A stretch of 64,000 nucleotides of DNA from Octopus bimaculoides (lineage: Eukaryota). The translations under genes were made by a program, and so were the position numbers. Below are positions 1 through 11,714 of the stretch, one piece after another. The DNA is taken from contig NC_068981.1 of NCBI RefSeq assembly GCF_001194135.2, positions 159,355,077 to 159,419,076 of the forward strand, written 5' to 3'. Each line of letters starts with the position of its first letter. Positions within the stretch are counted from its first letter, which is position 1. Below the pieces are notes generated by a model. That model saw nothing but the letters and a program-made list of their open reading frames with translations. It was not told where the DNA came from and did not search any database.

Positions 1-245
1 TGCACAGTACTCCGCAAGGAGCATTGGGCCGGTTTCCTGGTTTCTCTGACATACATTTTCCTCCCTAGTTGGGATGTCAGTCTGTCACAGGATTACTCAT
101 TTTCACCAGCTGAGTGGACTGGAGCAATGTAAAATGAAGTGTTTTGCTCAAGAACACAATGTGTCACCCAGTCCAGGAATTGAAACCACAATTTTACAAT
201 CATGAGTTCGACACCCTAACTACTAAGTCATGCTCTTCCATGTAC
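1..245 (-). mobile_element. tRNA-derived SINE (family I), truncated by window edge
   Basis: The reverse strand reads as a tRNA-like head (...gcatgacttagtagttagggtgtcgaactcatg...ggtttcaattcctggactgggtg), then a ttgtgttcttgagcaaaacacttcat...gctccagtccactcagctg body. Related copies lie at about 3590-3925 (-) and 7665-7800 (+). Confidence 0.7.
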
Positions 246-280
246 TATGGCTTTTTCTGATAGCTTTACGTGCCTATGTA

Positions 281-1558
281 CTGTGTCATCCCATAAATAA
301 TGTGGTTTTCAATTGCATGAACTAAAAGTCAGAGGGGGATGGGATAAACTACCTGCATCAACTTGCTATAAAAGCAGGTAGTAATTTTACCTTGTCCTTA
401 TTCTTAGTGCAAGTTCTGAAGAGTGCAGTTCGATTTTAAGTTATTTTTTTCAAAGCAATAATGGAAGTGACAAAGGAGCATATTTGGCATATTTTGCTTT
501 ATGAGTTCAATAAAGGCAACAATGCAATGGAAAATACAAGGAATATTAATGCAGTATATGGGGATCAGACGATAAGTGTAAGCCAGTGTCAACGGTGGTT
601 CCAGAAATCCCATGCCAGAAGCTACAGCACAAAAGATGAGCTTTATTTTGGAAGATCTGTAGAGCTTGACAAGGACATCCTGGAAACTTTGGTGGAACAA
701 AATCCCATCATAACTGTTGAGGAACTAGCAGAGAAGCTTAGATTTGATCATTCAACCATTCATCAACACCTGCTTACCATCGGAAAAGTTAGCAAATTGG
801 GTCAGTAGGTTCTTCGCAAACTTTTCGAGTCTAATCGTGAGCAGAGAGTGAAGGTGTGCTCTTCTTTGCTGTCATGTCTCATGAACAAACCTTTTCTGGA
901 CTGAATAGTGGCTTGTGACGAGAAATGGGTTCTCTATGAAAATGTCAAGCACTGCAAACAGTGGGTAGGGAAAGGAGAAACATGGGCACTCCAGGCTAAA
1001 GAAGGTCTTGACCCACATAAGGTGTTGTTATCTGTTTGGTGGGATATGAAAGGTTTAGTCCACTTTGAACTTTTAAACCCAAACCAAACGATAACAAAGG
1101 AGATCTACTGTGAGCAGCTTGAATGGCTTAAGTCTGTGCAAGAAGCAAAATAACCATATTTGGTTTCAAGATGAAAGGTGTTCTTCCATTAGGATAATGC
1201 TCAGCCACATACAGCAAGGATGACATTCCAAAGGCTGGAGCAGTTTGAATGGGAAATGATGCCCCACCCACCATATTCACCGGACATTGCCCCATCTGAT
1301 TATCATTCATTCTGCAGTCTTCAAAACCATTTGGACGAAAAAAATATGAATTCTGTAGACAAGGCCAGAACAGTAGTGGAAAAGTATTTTTCATCATGGA
1401 CAAATGAATTTTTGAAGAGGAGTCTTGCAAGTCTACCGGATAAATGGTGTTGAAGAAAATGAAGGAGAGTATATTTTACATTAAAAAAGAACTTTGTTTA
1501 TCTTAATTCTGAAAAATAAAAGTAGATTAAAAACTGCAATATTTAGGGGATGATGCAA
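281..1558 (+). mobile_element. Full-length inactive mariner (DD34D) transposon
   Basis: TA-flanked imperfect TIRs: ctgtgtcatcccataaataatgtggtttt at 281, and aaaactgcaatatttaggggatgatgcaa ending at 1558. Transposase fragments at 461-808, 908-1153 and 1220-1453 carry CDEKWVLY, VLLSVWWD and HPPYSPDIAPSDY motifs, broken by stops and frameshifts. Confidence 0.95.
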
Positions 1559-2285
1559 TATATATGTATAGATAGTTAGATAAATTCCCATGCACACAGA
1601 AATACACACACTCTGTGTGTGTGTGTGTGCGTGGCTGAATGGATGGCTGTTGTTGCATAATTATGAAATTCTTTGGATGGTGTTCAGGTATGAAGAAATG
1701 GCCTGATTTACTCCTACAATTAACGTGTAGCAGTAAATTGGACCATTTTCTCATACCTAAATACCACCTGAGGCTGACGTGTGTGTGAGTTCAATACGTA
1801 TATACACACATACATACATATATACATACATACATTCACATATACACACGCACACACACAGTATAAAGAAAAAAAGTGTAAATTTTGCAAATACTTCAAA
1901 ATCTAATTATATTGTTTCATTAGCTTGATTAATTCCATAATTATGTAATTGAGATACATAATCTATTTTGATTAATTTAAAGCAATGTTTATCCCAGATC
2001 ATCGGGAATATGAATTATATTAATCAGAAACTGTTACTAAAATTAATCAATTACGTATGTTAAGTAATTATGGGATTAATGGTAATTATTTCTACCGAAA
2101 CAGCTGTTGGATTAAATTAAATTATGAATTATTTATGAAGTTTTTGTTTTTCTGTTTTTCACTCTAAATATGTTACTCTCAAGGATTGTTTTAACCAATT
2201 ATGTATATACATGCAAGCCTTTTCCATTTAGGTGTTAGAGTTTAATGACCTATTATTAATTGAGTACTTAATTATTGTGGATACT

Positions 2286-3230
2286 CTTTTTACTTTTTTA
2301 CTTGTTTCAGTCATTTGACTGCGGCCATGCTGGAGCACCACCTTTAGTCGAGAAAATCGCCCCCAGGACTTATTCTTTGTAAGCTTAGTACTTATTCTAT
2401 CAGTCTCTTTTTGCCGAGCCACTAAGTTACGGGGACGTAAACACACCAGCATCGGTTGTCAAGCGATGGTGGGGGGACAAACACAGACACGCAAACATAT
2501 ATATATATATATATANNNNNNNNNNNNNNNNNNNNNNNNNNNNNNNNNNNNNNNNNNNNNNNNNNNNNNNNNNNNNNNNNNNNNNNNNNNNNNNNNNNNN
2601 NNNNNNNNNNNNNNNNNTGGATGCCCTTCCTAACGCCAACCACTCAGAGAGTGTAGTGGGTGCTTTTACGTGTCACCCGCACGAAGGCCAGTCAGGCGGT
2701 ACTGGCAATGGCCACGCTTATCTCGCTTGAGAAACCTCATGTGTCACCCGCACAAGAGCCAGCCCAGGGGCACCGGCAACGATCCCGCTCGAAAATCCTA
2801 CAACAACCCCACACAAGAGCCAGCTCAGGGGCACCGGCAACGATCTCGCTCGAAAATCCTACGACGGCCCCGCACAATAGCCAGTTCAGGGGCATGGCAA
2901 CGATCTATTTCTATTTCACTTGCCTCAACAGGTGTTCGCAAGTGGGGTTTAGTGTCCAATTTTAATTTAACTCGATTTCGATTTCACTTGCCTCAACAGG
3001 CCTACGCAGTGGAGTTTAGTGTCCAACTTAACTTGATTTCGATTTCACTTGCCTCATATATATATATATACGAATGGCGTCTTTCAGTTTCTACCAAATC
3101 CACTCACAAGGCTTTGGTCGGCCCGAGGCTATAGTAGAAGACACTTGCCCAAGGTGCCACACAGTGGGACTGAGCCCGAAACCATGTGGTTGGTAAGCAA
3201 GCTACTTACCACACAGCCGCTCCTGCGCCT
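2286..3230 (-). mobile_element. SINE family A (tRNA-like head, internal TA/CA microsatellite, tail ending gaaacaagtaaaa) split by a nested family-D element
   Basis: Tail at 2286-2515 and head at about 3070-3230 (ggcgcaggagcggctgtgtggtaagtagcttgcttaccaacc on the minus strand). It resembles the tRNA-derived octopus OK/OR-type SINEs; exact family assignment needs a library comparison. Confidence 0.85.
2619..3056 (-). mobile_element. Family D retroelement 3' fragment (RTE-like ggaagggcatcc tail) with internal tandem repeats
   Basis: Shares ggatgcccttcctaacgccaaccactcagagagtgtagtgggtgcttttacgtgtcaccc with the copies at 35810-36024, 38950-39280 and 46520-46795. Contains about 61-bp and about 65-bp tandem units. 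Confidence 0.75.
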
Positions 3231-3249
3231 ATATATATTTTTTTATCAT

Positions 3250-3600
3250 TTTAACATCTATTTTTTCCATGCTTGCATAACTCAGATGGAATTCATTGAG
3301 GCAGATTTTCTACAGCTAGATGCCACCAACCTTTACATGATTTCAAGCAAGCAAATATTTCCACATGGCCAGACATGTTTTCACAAAATATTGGAAAAGA
3401 AAGACATTGTTTGCATTTGCAGTGATACTTGTGTGCAACAATCACATGATGTTAAGACAGGGAGACTCAAATATAACACACATACACACACACACAAAGG
3501 GTTTCTTTCAGCTTCCATCTAATTCACTCAAAAGACTTTGGTAGTAATGGTATTGTAGTCTAAAATCGTTAAAAGTCGCCTAAAATGTCATGCAGTATAG
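3250..3600 (-). mobile_element. SINE with family-A-like head and a different (RTE-like) 3' body/tail
   Basis: Same architecture as the better copy at 44400-44851. Other copies or fragments at about 5140-5340, 28430-28690, 37060-37320 and 39880-40210. Confidence 0.65.
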
Positions 3601-4051
3601 GGTAAAGACCCCCTTCAGTAATGAATGACCATGGGATTGCACCTAGAAAGTTACCCTCCGAGGCACAAGTCTGGGCAAGATTGTTTAAAGAAGACCAGCA
3701 TTTACCCATGCATACCAGCTTCCCCTCTCCACACTGCCAATGTTATCCAAGAGAAAAGCAAAGGCCAATACATTTGGCAGCAGTGATGACGTCACAACTC
3801 ATTTCTACAGCTGAGTGAACGGGAACAACATGAAATAAAGTTGTCTTGCTCAAGAACATAACACACAGCCCTATCCAAGAATTGAACTCACTACCTCATG
3901 ATTGTGAGCCCAATGCTCTAGCCATACATACATACATACATACATACACAAACACATATATACACACACATATATATACATACACATACATACATACATA
4001 CATACATACATAGACTCATATATACATACAAACACACACACATATATATAC

Positions 4052-4094
<43 letters not shown>

Positions 4095-4689
4095 NNNNNN
4101 NNNNNNNNNNNNNNNNNNNNNNNNNNNNNNNNNNNNNNNNNNNNNNNNNNNNNNNNNNNNNNNNNNNNNNNNNNNNNNNNNNNNNNNNNNNNNNNNNNNN
4201 NNNNNNNNNNNNNNNNNNNNNNNNNNNNNNNNNNNNNNNNNNNNNNNNNNNNNNNNNNNNNNNNNNNNNNNNNNNNNNNNNNNNNNNNNNNNNNNNNNNN
4301 NNNNNNNNNNNNNNNNNNNNNNNNNNNNNNNNNNNNNNNNNNNNNNNNNNNNNNNNNNNNNNNNNNNNNNNNNNNNNNNNNNNNNNNNNNNNNNNNNNNN
4401 NNNNNNNNNNNNNNNNNNNNNNNNNNNNNNNNNNNNNNNNNNNNNNNNNNNNNNNNNNNNNNNNNNNNNNNNNNNNNNNNNNNNNNNNNNNNNNNNNNNN
4501 NNNNNNNNNNNNNNNNNNNNNNNCAGACTAACAAAAAAAAACACCTTTTTTGTATTTATTTTTACTCGCATATATATATATATATGTTTAAATATATTTT
4601 TTTACACCAAAAATTTGGCAAAAGAATATAGTATCTGTTAACAATCTTAGCAAAATACTCACAAAACGGATCAGTTTTGAGCTCTTTTT

Positions 4690-4906
4690 TTTTTTTATTG
4701 CCCACAGGGGGCTAAACATAGAGGGGTCAAACAAAAGGATTAAATCGATTACATCGACCCCAGTGCGTAACTGGTACTTATTTAATCGACCCCGAAAGAT
4801 GAAAGGCAAAGTCGACCTCAACGGAATTAGAACTCAGAACGTAACAGTAGACGAAATACCACTAAGCATTTCGCCCAGCGTACTAGCGATTGTGCCAGCT
4901 CGCCGC

Positions 4907-4909
<3 letters not shown>
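4690..4909 (-). mobile_element. SINE family C (alternative-tail variant)
   Basis: Minus strand reads aggcggcgagctggcacaatcgctagtacgctgggcgaaatgcttag...gttctgagttctaattccgttgaggtcgactttgcctttcatc. The tail (tttgacccctctatgtttagccccctgtgggcaat) is shared with the copy at about 8475-8700. Confidence 0.85.
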
Positions 4910-4945
<36 letters not shown>

Positions 4946-5339
4946 GAAAACATAAATCCAGAGAAGTACCACACTCTAAGAAGTAATTTTGGTGAATACA
5001 TTTTGTGTGTCGTGGTTAAAAGAGATTTTATGCTAGAAGAAAGAAATCATATGTTACTGACCAGGATCTGGTTAATGCTGATGTTCAGCTTATCAAAATT
5101 CTGGGTAAGAACCATGTGTAAATTAAATGAATAAATAGCATGGGTCAAATAGAATTTATTAAGACAAGATTTTTTTCATAGCCAGATGTTCTTCCTGTTG
5201 CCAAACTCTCACTTGTTTCTAGGAAAAGCAATATTTTCCCAGGTTTGTCATGGAAGATTGGAAACGAACAACACCACTTGTATGACATTTACAACATCAC
5301 ATGATGTCAAGACAAGAGTACACTCTAACATACACATAA

Positions 5340-5399
<60 letters not shown>

Positions 5400-5401
<2 letters not shown>

Positions 5402-6520
5402 AAGAACGACCGTGCGAACCCAAAAAGGAGAAATGGTGACGAATGGAAAAACAGGACTCCTTTTATTTAAACGCGTCTCACGGTCGAACACAAAAAATAT
5501 ATCAAATGATATATGAATATGTTATACTACAATAACATAGTGAATTCGTAAATTGCCAGTAATGAAGACGATAGAAGACAACCGATAGAAGATGAATAAC
5601 AGAAATATTTATTGTGGCATTAAAATGTATGTCTGTGTGTGAGTGTGAATGCGACATAATAAAAACATAATAAAAGACAGGCCGTCGTATAAAGAAAAGA
5701 GTGTGTGTGAGTGATACATGTATGTGTATGCGTGATATACAGCAGAGAGAAAGAGAGTCAGTAACACGTGTGAGCATTGGCCGGTTTGTTGAGTACACAA
5801 TAGGAAGAGTCTGTATGAAAGAAGTTGAGACGTGTATGTGGCAGGGCGATCACTAGTTGTGAAGTTGTGGCTTCCATGCCAGGCCGGGTTCTTGTTATAC
5901 AGATGTTCGTCACAGGCTGAGCTCTTGTCTATTATTTATTGTGGTGAAGATGAAACACCTAACAGAATCGAAAAGAGATGTGCCGTGGTAGTTTGGTTGC
6001 TGGTGTACGTAGAAAGTCGTGTTGACGAGGTTGGTGATGCTGGTGGCGAATCTTGTAGTTCGTAGTTGAAGTGGTGTTGACTATGTTGGCGATGCTGGTG
6101 GCGAGGACGCTGGTTAGTAGTCGTAAACTCGTGTTGCTGATGGCGACGTCGGTGGTAGTCGTAGCTGGAGATGCTGTTGATGTAGTCGCTGGAACTGCTG
6201 CTGCTACTGTGTGGTACACGGAACAGGTCCCTAAGAGATCTGAACCGAGACCTTTTTGCCGGGTATAATCTGGGCTATTTATAGTTGATGGGAGGCTCCC
6301 AAAGTCATCAGAAAAATACTCTATCACGTGACCTTATTAGGGGCCACGGTTGGTCAGTTTGCGTTCTGGCGGGAACGGTTCAAAGCAGTTGCCGCTTCAA
6401 ATAATAATCAGTCACGTGATGACAGGGAAAGATGTTTTCCACTACGCCCGCGCTTGTTTATATTTAACAGCGGGGAAGATGGCTTCTTTGTGTATAATGG
6501 CGATAGGTAGTTTCACTACA
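5400..6520. promoter_or_regulatory. CpG-rich promoter-like island with three CACGTG E-boxes and a minus-strand TATA box; probable 5' end of a leftward-running gene
   Basis: CpG is visibly much denser than in the flanking non-repeat DNA. CACGTG at 5765, 6325 (TCACGTGAC) and 6413 (GTCACGTGA). TATAAATA on the minus strand at 6283-6276, CCAAT (minus) at 5780-5776, and a possible minus-strand donor GTGAGA at 5481. Confidence 0.55.
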
Positions 6521-7062
6521 TATATATATACACACACACATTTTCTTTTCACCAAAATCCATCCGCAAAGATTAAGCAGAAGAGCCATGTGACAGGATTG
6601 AACATAAGACCACATAGTTAGGAAGCAAGCTTCTTAACACCTATACTTTATATACACACACACTTACATGCATGCACACGCATACTCACACACACATACA
6701 CAGATATATATAGGAAATATAATTCTGGTATGGAAAAAAACATGACAAAGGTAAGCAAATTGTCTTATTCAATCATTTAAGTTATGTGTGTGTGTGTGCA
6801 TGAGAGAGAGTTTTTTTGAATTTACTGGAAGCCTTGTTTAGTAATATCATGAGGTCTGGAGTTGGCAAACAGGATTACAGACTACAATAAGCAATAGAAT
6901 CACTTTTTTAAGGTGCCTTGTATAGAATATTCATTATCTCTGACAACAGATTCTCTGTTAAACCATAACAGCATTGGCTGGAGCCAGAAGTTTATTGATA
7001 CCTTTCACATTTCTGAATTACCAACACTGCATCTAAAAAAAGACCTCAAGATTATTATTTCC

Positions 7063-7104
<42 letters not shown>

Positions 7105-7145
7105 TATATAATGAGAGAGAGTGAGAAAGATGTGCATGCGTATGA

Positions 7146-7278
<133 letters not shown>

Positions 7279-7596
7279 TGAATACATACATATGGAAATG
7301 CAGGCATTTATATATTCACAGAAATATTGTTGTTATTATTTGGCAAAGTGAAATTGTAAGCAAGCATTTAACAAAAAGAAAAAAAATAATAACCTTGCTT
7401 GCTTGGAATGAAATGAACTGCTGCTGATAAAATGGAAGTGTGTGCCAGATCGAAGCAAATCTTGGTTATATACATAGATATTATACTCATGCACACACAT
7501 ACACAAAGAGGGAAAGAGAGAGAGGAAGGGAGGGAGAGAGAGAGGAAGGGAGGGAGAGAGAGAGGAAGGGAGGGATAGAGAGGGAGAAAGAGGGAG

Positions 7597-7645
<49 letters not shown>

Positions 7646-8269
7646 GATAGAGAGAGAGAGAGAGATGAAGGTATGTGGCTTAATGGTAAAGGTATTTGAC
7701 TCGTGATCATAATATTGAGGGTTCACTTTCTGGACCTTGTAATACATTGTGTCCTTCAGCAAGTCCCTTCATTTCACATTGCTCCAGTTTACTCAGCTGA
7801 AAATGCTCTTGTAATGTCGGTAGTCTTTCTGTTGTCTTTGATTTCCAGATTTACTTTGAAAATGCTGTAATGTTTATTGGGTGTATTGGCAGAATGACAA
7901 AGAATATATTTGTATAGGGATATATCCAACCAAATCCGTTGATAAGATAAGTACTTGATTTGATGCAATTGACTACAACTTAGAAGACAATGTTCCAATA
8001 TGAATGCTTTCAAATGAGTGGAACCAATAAACCAGTAAAAGAAGACAAGAATAAAAGAATAGTGAAAAAAGGACAAGAATGAAGACAGCTTATTGATATT
8101 AATACAGTAAATGTTAAGAATGTAGTCAAAAGTGTAATAGAAAGTTAAGGAAGAGCTGGCACTAAACTGTTGTCATGGCGAAGATAATTCATTTTCAATG
8201 ACTCAGTCCACTTAGCAGCAGGTATGGTAGGTACAACAGTCTAATGCAATTTGCTACAACACTATAATA

Positions 8270-8700
8270 TTGGCTTCAAGTTTTGGTATAAGAAAAGCAA
8301 GTTTGGGGGAGGGAGTAAGTCGATTACATCAACCCTAGTACTCAGCTGATACTTATTTCATCAACCATGAAAGATGAAAGGCAAAGTCGACCTCAGCAGA
8401 ATTTGAACTCAGAATGAAAAGACAGACAAAATGTTACTAAGTATTTTGCCCAGCATGCTAACAATTCTTATTTCTTTACTGCCCACAAGGGGCTACACAC
8501 AGAGGGAACAAACAAGGACAGACAAAGGGATTAAGTCGATTACATCGACCCCAGTGTGTAACTGGTACTTAATTTATCGACCCCGAAAGGATGAAAGGCA
8601 AAGTCGACCTCAGCAGAATTTGAACTCAGAACATAGCGGCAGACGAAATACTGCTAAGCATTTCGCCCAGCATGCAAACAATTCTGCCAGCACTCCACCC
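8270..8700 (-). mobile_element. Two tandem SINE family C copies
   Basis: The motif gatgaaaggcaaagtcgacctcagcagaatttgaactcagaa occurs twice, at about 8375 and 8590. Confidence 0.85.
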
Positions 8701-10243
8701 CACTACATCATCATCATCATCCACATCATCATCATCATTGTTTAAGGCCCACTGTCCATGCTAGCATGGGTTGGACAGTTTGACATGGAGTTGGCCAACA
8801 GGGAGCTGTCCAGACTCCAATTGTCTGCTGTGGCATTGTTTCTAGCTGGACGTCCTTCCTAATGCCAAATAATATTGATGAGTATTCTGCTACATCACGG
8901 TGTTTAGTTCACCTGCCAGAAACTAATACTAATATTAAATACTAAACATTTTACCAAAACATTTCCAGAACTGCAACCTTCTAGAACTCACTCTCTGCTC
9001 ATATTTCTGTTCCCTCGCCCCACTGTAAATGTCAACCTGTAAAATGCTCAACTTGAATATCACTTGCTTCAATATCACTTTACTGAAGGCCTACAAAAGT
9101 CATGGCTATTGCTCTTCCACTTTTGACTGATTTACATATAAAGGAATGCAGTACATAAATAACTAGAGGGAAATTTGTCTCTAATATCAAGGAAGCAGGA
9201 AGAATGCACAGTATTCAGGAGAAAGCAGAGGTACAAGAGGAAATGTTGCTTTTGGATACATAATAGACATGTGTGTGTGTGTGAGAGAGAGAGTGGGGGG
9301 GAGAGAAACAGAGACAGTTTTACATTCATTTTTCCATGACAGTAAGTGGGATCATTTGAAAAAAATTTTGATATTTGTGCACTTTTAAAGCAATATTTTT
9401 AACAAATCGATACACATCTTACAACTAAGCGTACCACAAGCAAATAGGAGTGCAACTTGATGCTGCTCAAACAGAAGGTTAAGCAACGTAATATGCATTA
9501 CCTTACTGTAGTATGATTTGAAGCTGTGACTGTATGGTCAAATAAACCAACATCTTAACTTCTAAGCTGATGTACAAAAACAAGTTTTAAAGTTGTTTTC
9601 TCTGCTAAGGGAAAGCAAAGTTTAGTCATATGGAATCCTGTGACAGTTTTCTCTAGTTTACCCTTCTTCTACATCTCCTTTCACTAACCTCTTTGCCCTC
9701 ATTTCCTCCTCTATCATCTTTATCTGCCATTCTTCATCATCTCCTTACTCCACTTCCTTCCACATTCATTTTCATTACTCATCTCAGCCAATCACTTTCA
9801 CCATTCCTCAGCACATGACCCAGCCACCTCATTCCATTTCTTTTCACTACACTCATCACTGACTCCATTCCCATCATTCTTTGCAATTCATTGTTTGTCT
9901 TCCTCTCACTAAGTGATACTATACTCAACTACCAAAACATTTTTCATTTCCATTCTTTCCAATCTTCTCTGCTATTCCATGTCCATTATCCATGTGTCAT
10001 TCCTATAAATCAACCAATATATACAAATGAAAATCCCAACAAGGACTGTTCAATAGAATCCAACTAGAAAGAATTCCTTGTAATAATTGTCAGCTAACCA
10101 ATTCTTTTTTTTTTTTGATTGCACAAAACAACATATGACACTTACAATATTTGTTACAAACAGCAGTAAAGAATATTACAATTCTTTTCCCATTTTCTTA
10201 GAAGTGTATATATTACTACAGAATCAGAAACACCAATTCTTCC

Positions 10244-10660
10244 TCAGCGAACTGGTAGAAACATTAGCATGCCAAGCGAAACGCTTAGCGGTGTTTTGTC
10301 TGTCTTTAAGTTTTGAGTTCAAATTCTGCAGAGGTCGACTTTGCCTTTCAGGGTCGATAAATTAAGTACCAGTTGCGTACTGGGTTGATCTAATTGACTG
10401 GCCCCCTCTCCAAAAATTTCGGGCCTTGTGCCTAGAGTAGAAAAGAATAATAATATTGTAGTAAGGCAGCGAGCTGGCAGAAGCATTAGCACGCCAGGCG
10501 AAATGCTTAGCGGTATTTCGTCTGTCTTTATGTTCTGAGTTCAAATTCCACCGAGGTCTACTTTGCCTTTTATCCTTTCGGGGTCAATAAATTAAGTACC
10601 AGTTGCGTACTGGAGTCGTTCTAATCGACTGGACCCTCTTCAAAAATTTGGGGCCTTGTA
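10244..10660 (+). mobile_element. Two head-to-tail SINE family C copies
   Basis: Copies at 10244-10452 and 10463-10660, each ending gggccttgt(gcctagagtagaaaagaataat). Confidence 0.9.
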
Positions 10661-11580
10661 GTTAACATTATTGATGATGAGAATTATGCTCATGATAATT
10701 CTTCTTAACAGCTTAGTTATCATTTGCAAGTGAATATGAACAGATAGCAGTGTACCATGCTTTAGGTGCCTGTAAAGTCTTGAGCAGACATAGATACTGT
10801 TTCATTCTTACGCCCTTGATTCAGGAGAACATCAAAGATGTGACAGGTGGAGGGAGAGACAGCTGCACCAACAGTCAGTTATTGCCATTTTCAGCAGAGT
10901 GTGGTCATCTTAGCCAACAAACTCTAAATTAAACAAATATTAAATTATTAAATTCACTTAAAAAATTAAATGTGTCGGTCAGATATAATGATTGGACTAT
11001 TGAACATTCTCACTACCAATGAAATAGAGGTACCAGTACATTAGTGTAAATTATTGTGGATTACAAGAGGTTCCAGACAAGCAGTGCCTGGAAAGTCAGT
11101 GGTGGTGCATCATCATCATCATCACCATCACCATCACCATCACCATCACCATCATCATCATTTAATGTCCATTTTCCATGCTGGCATGAGTTGGACAGTT
11201 TAACAGTGGCTGGCTAGGCAGAAGACTGCACCATTTTCACTATGTTTTGGCAAGTTTTCGTGGTTTTTACAGCTGAATGCCCTTCCTAACACCAACCACC
11301 TTACAGAATGGACTGTGTGTGCTTTTTATGTGACACCAGCACCATATAGATATGTATATAAATATATGGATAAACAGATGTATTTATACACACAAGCACA
11401 CGCACACGCGCATGCATACACGCACACACGCATGCATGCACGCACACACACACCTTCTATGTATATTATAATTGTTCAACTGTTATGAAAAGAAAGGACC
11501 AATATAAATACGATGAACTGCTAAAAGCGAAATACAAAAAGAATCGTATGATAAAACAAAACATTTACCAAACAATTATA

Positions 11581-11707
11581 CAGGGTGTCCACAAAGTCTG
11601 GGTACATGGAGTAAATAAAATCATGACATAAACAATTAAATATAAGAAATAATAATTTCTTCAAGTATGTGTTAATCCCCATGTACCCAGACTTTGTGGA
11701 CACCCTG
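11581..11707. mobile_element. 127-bp Tc1/mariner-type MITE
   Basis: Perfect 29-bp TIR (cagggtgtccacaaagtctgggtacatgg / ccatgtacccagactttgtggacaccctg) with TA on both sides. Confidence 0.92.
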
Positions 11708-11714
11708 TAGAATG

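Noticed and set aside
5959-6327. 122-aa T/S/A-rich ORF in the CpG island
   Set aside because: It starts at GTG upstream of the TATA-like box. Long open stretches in more than one frame reflect trinucleotide low complexity. No domain or flanking splice signals are evident.
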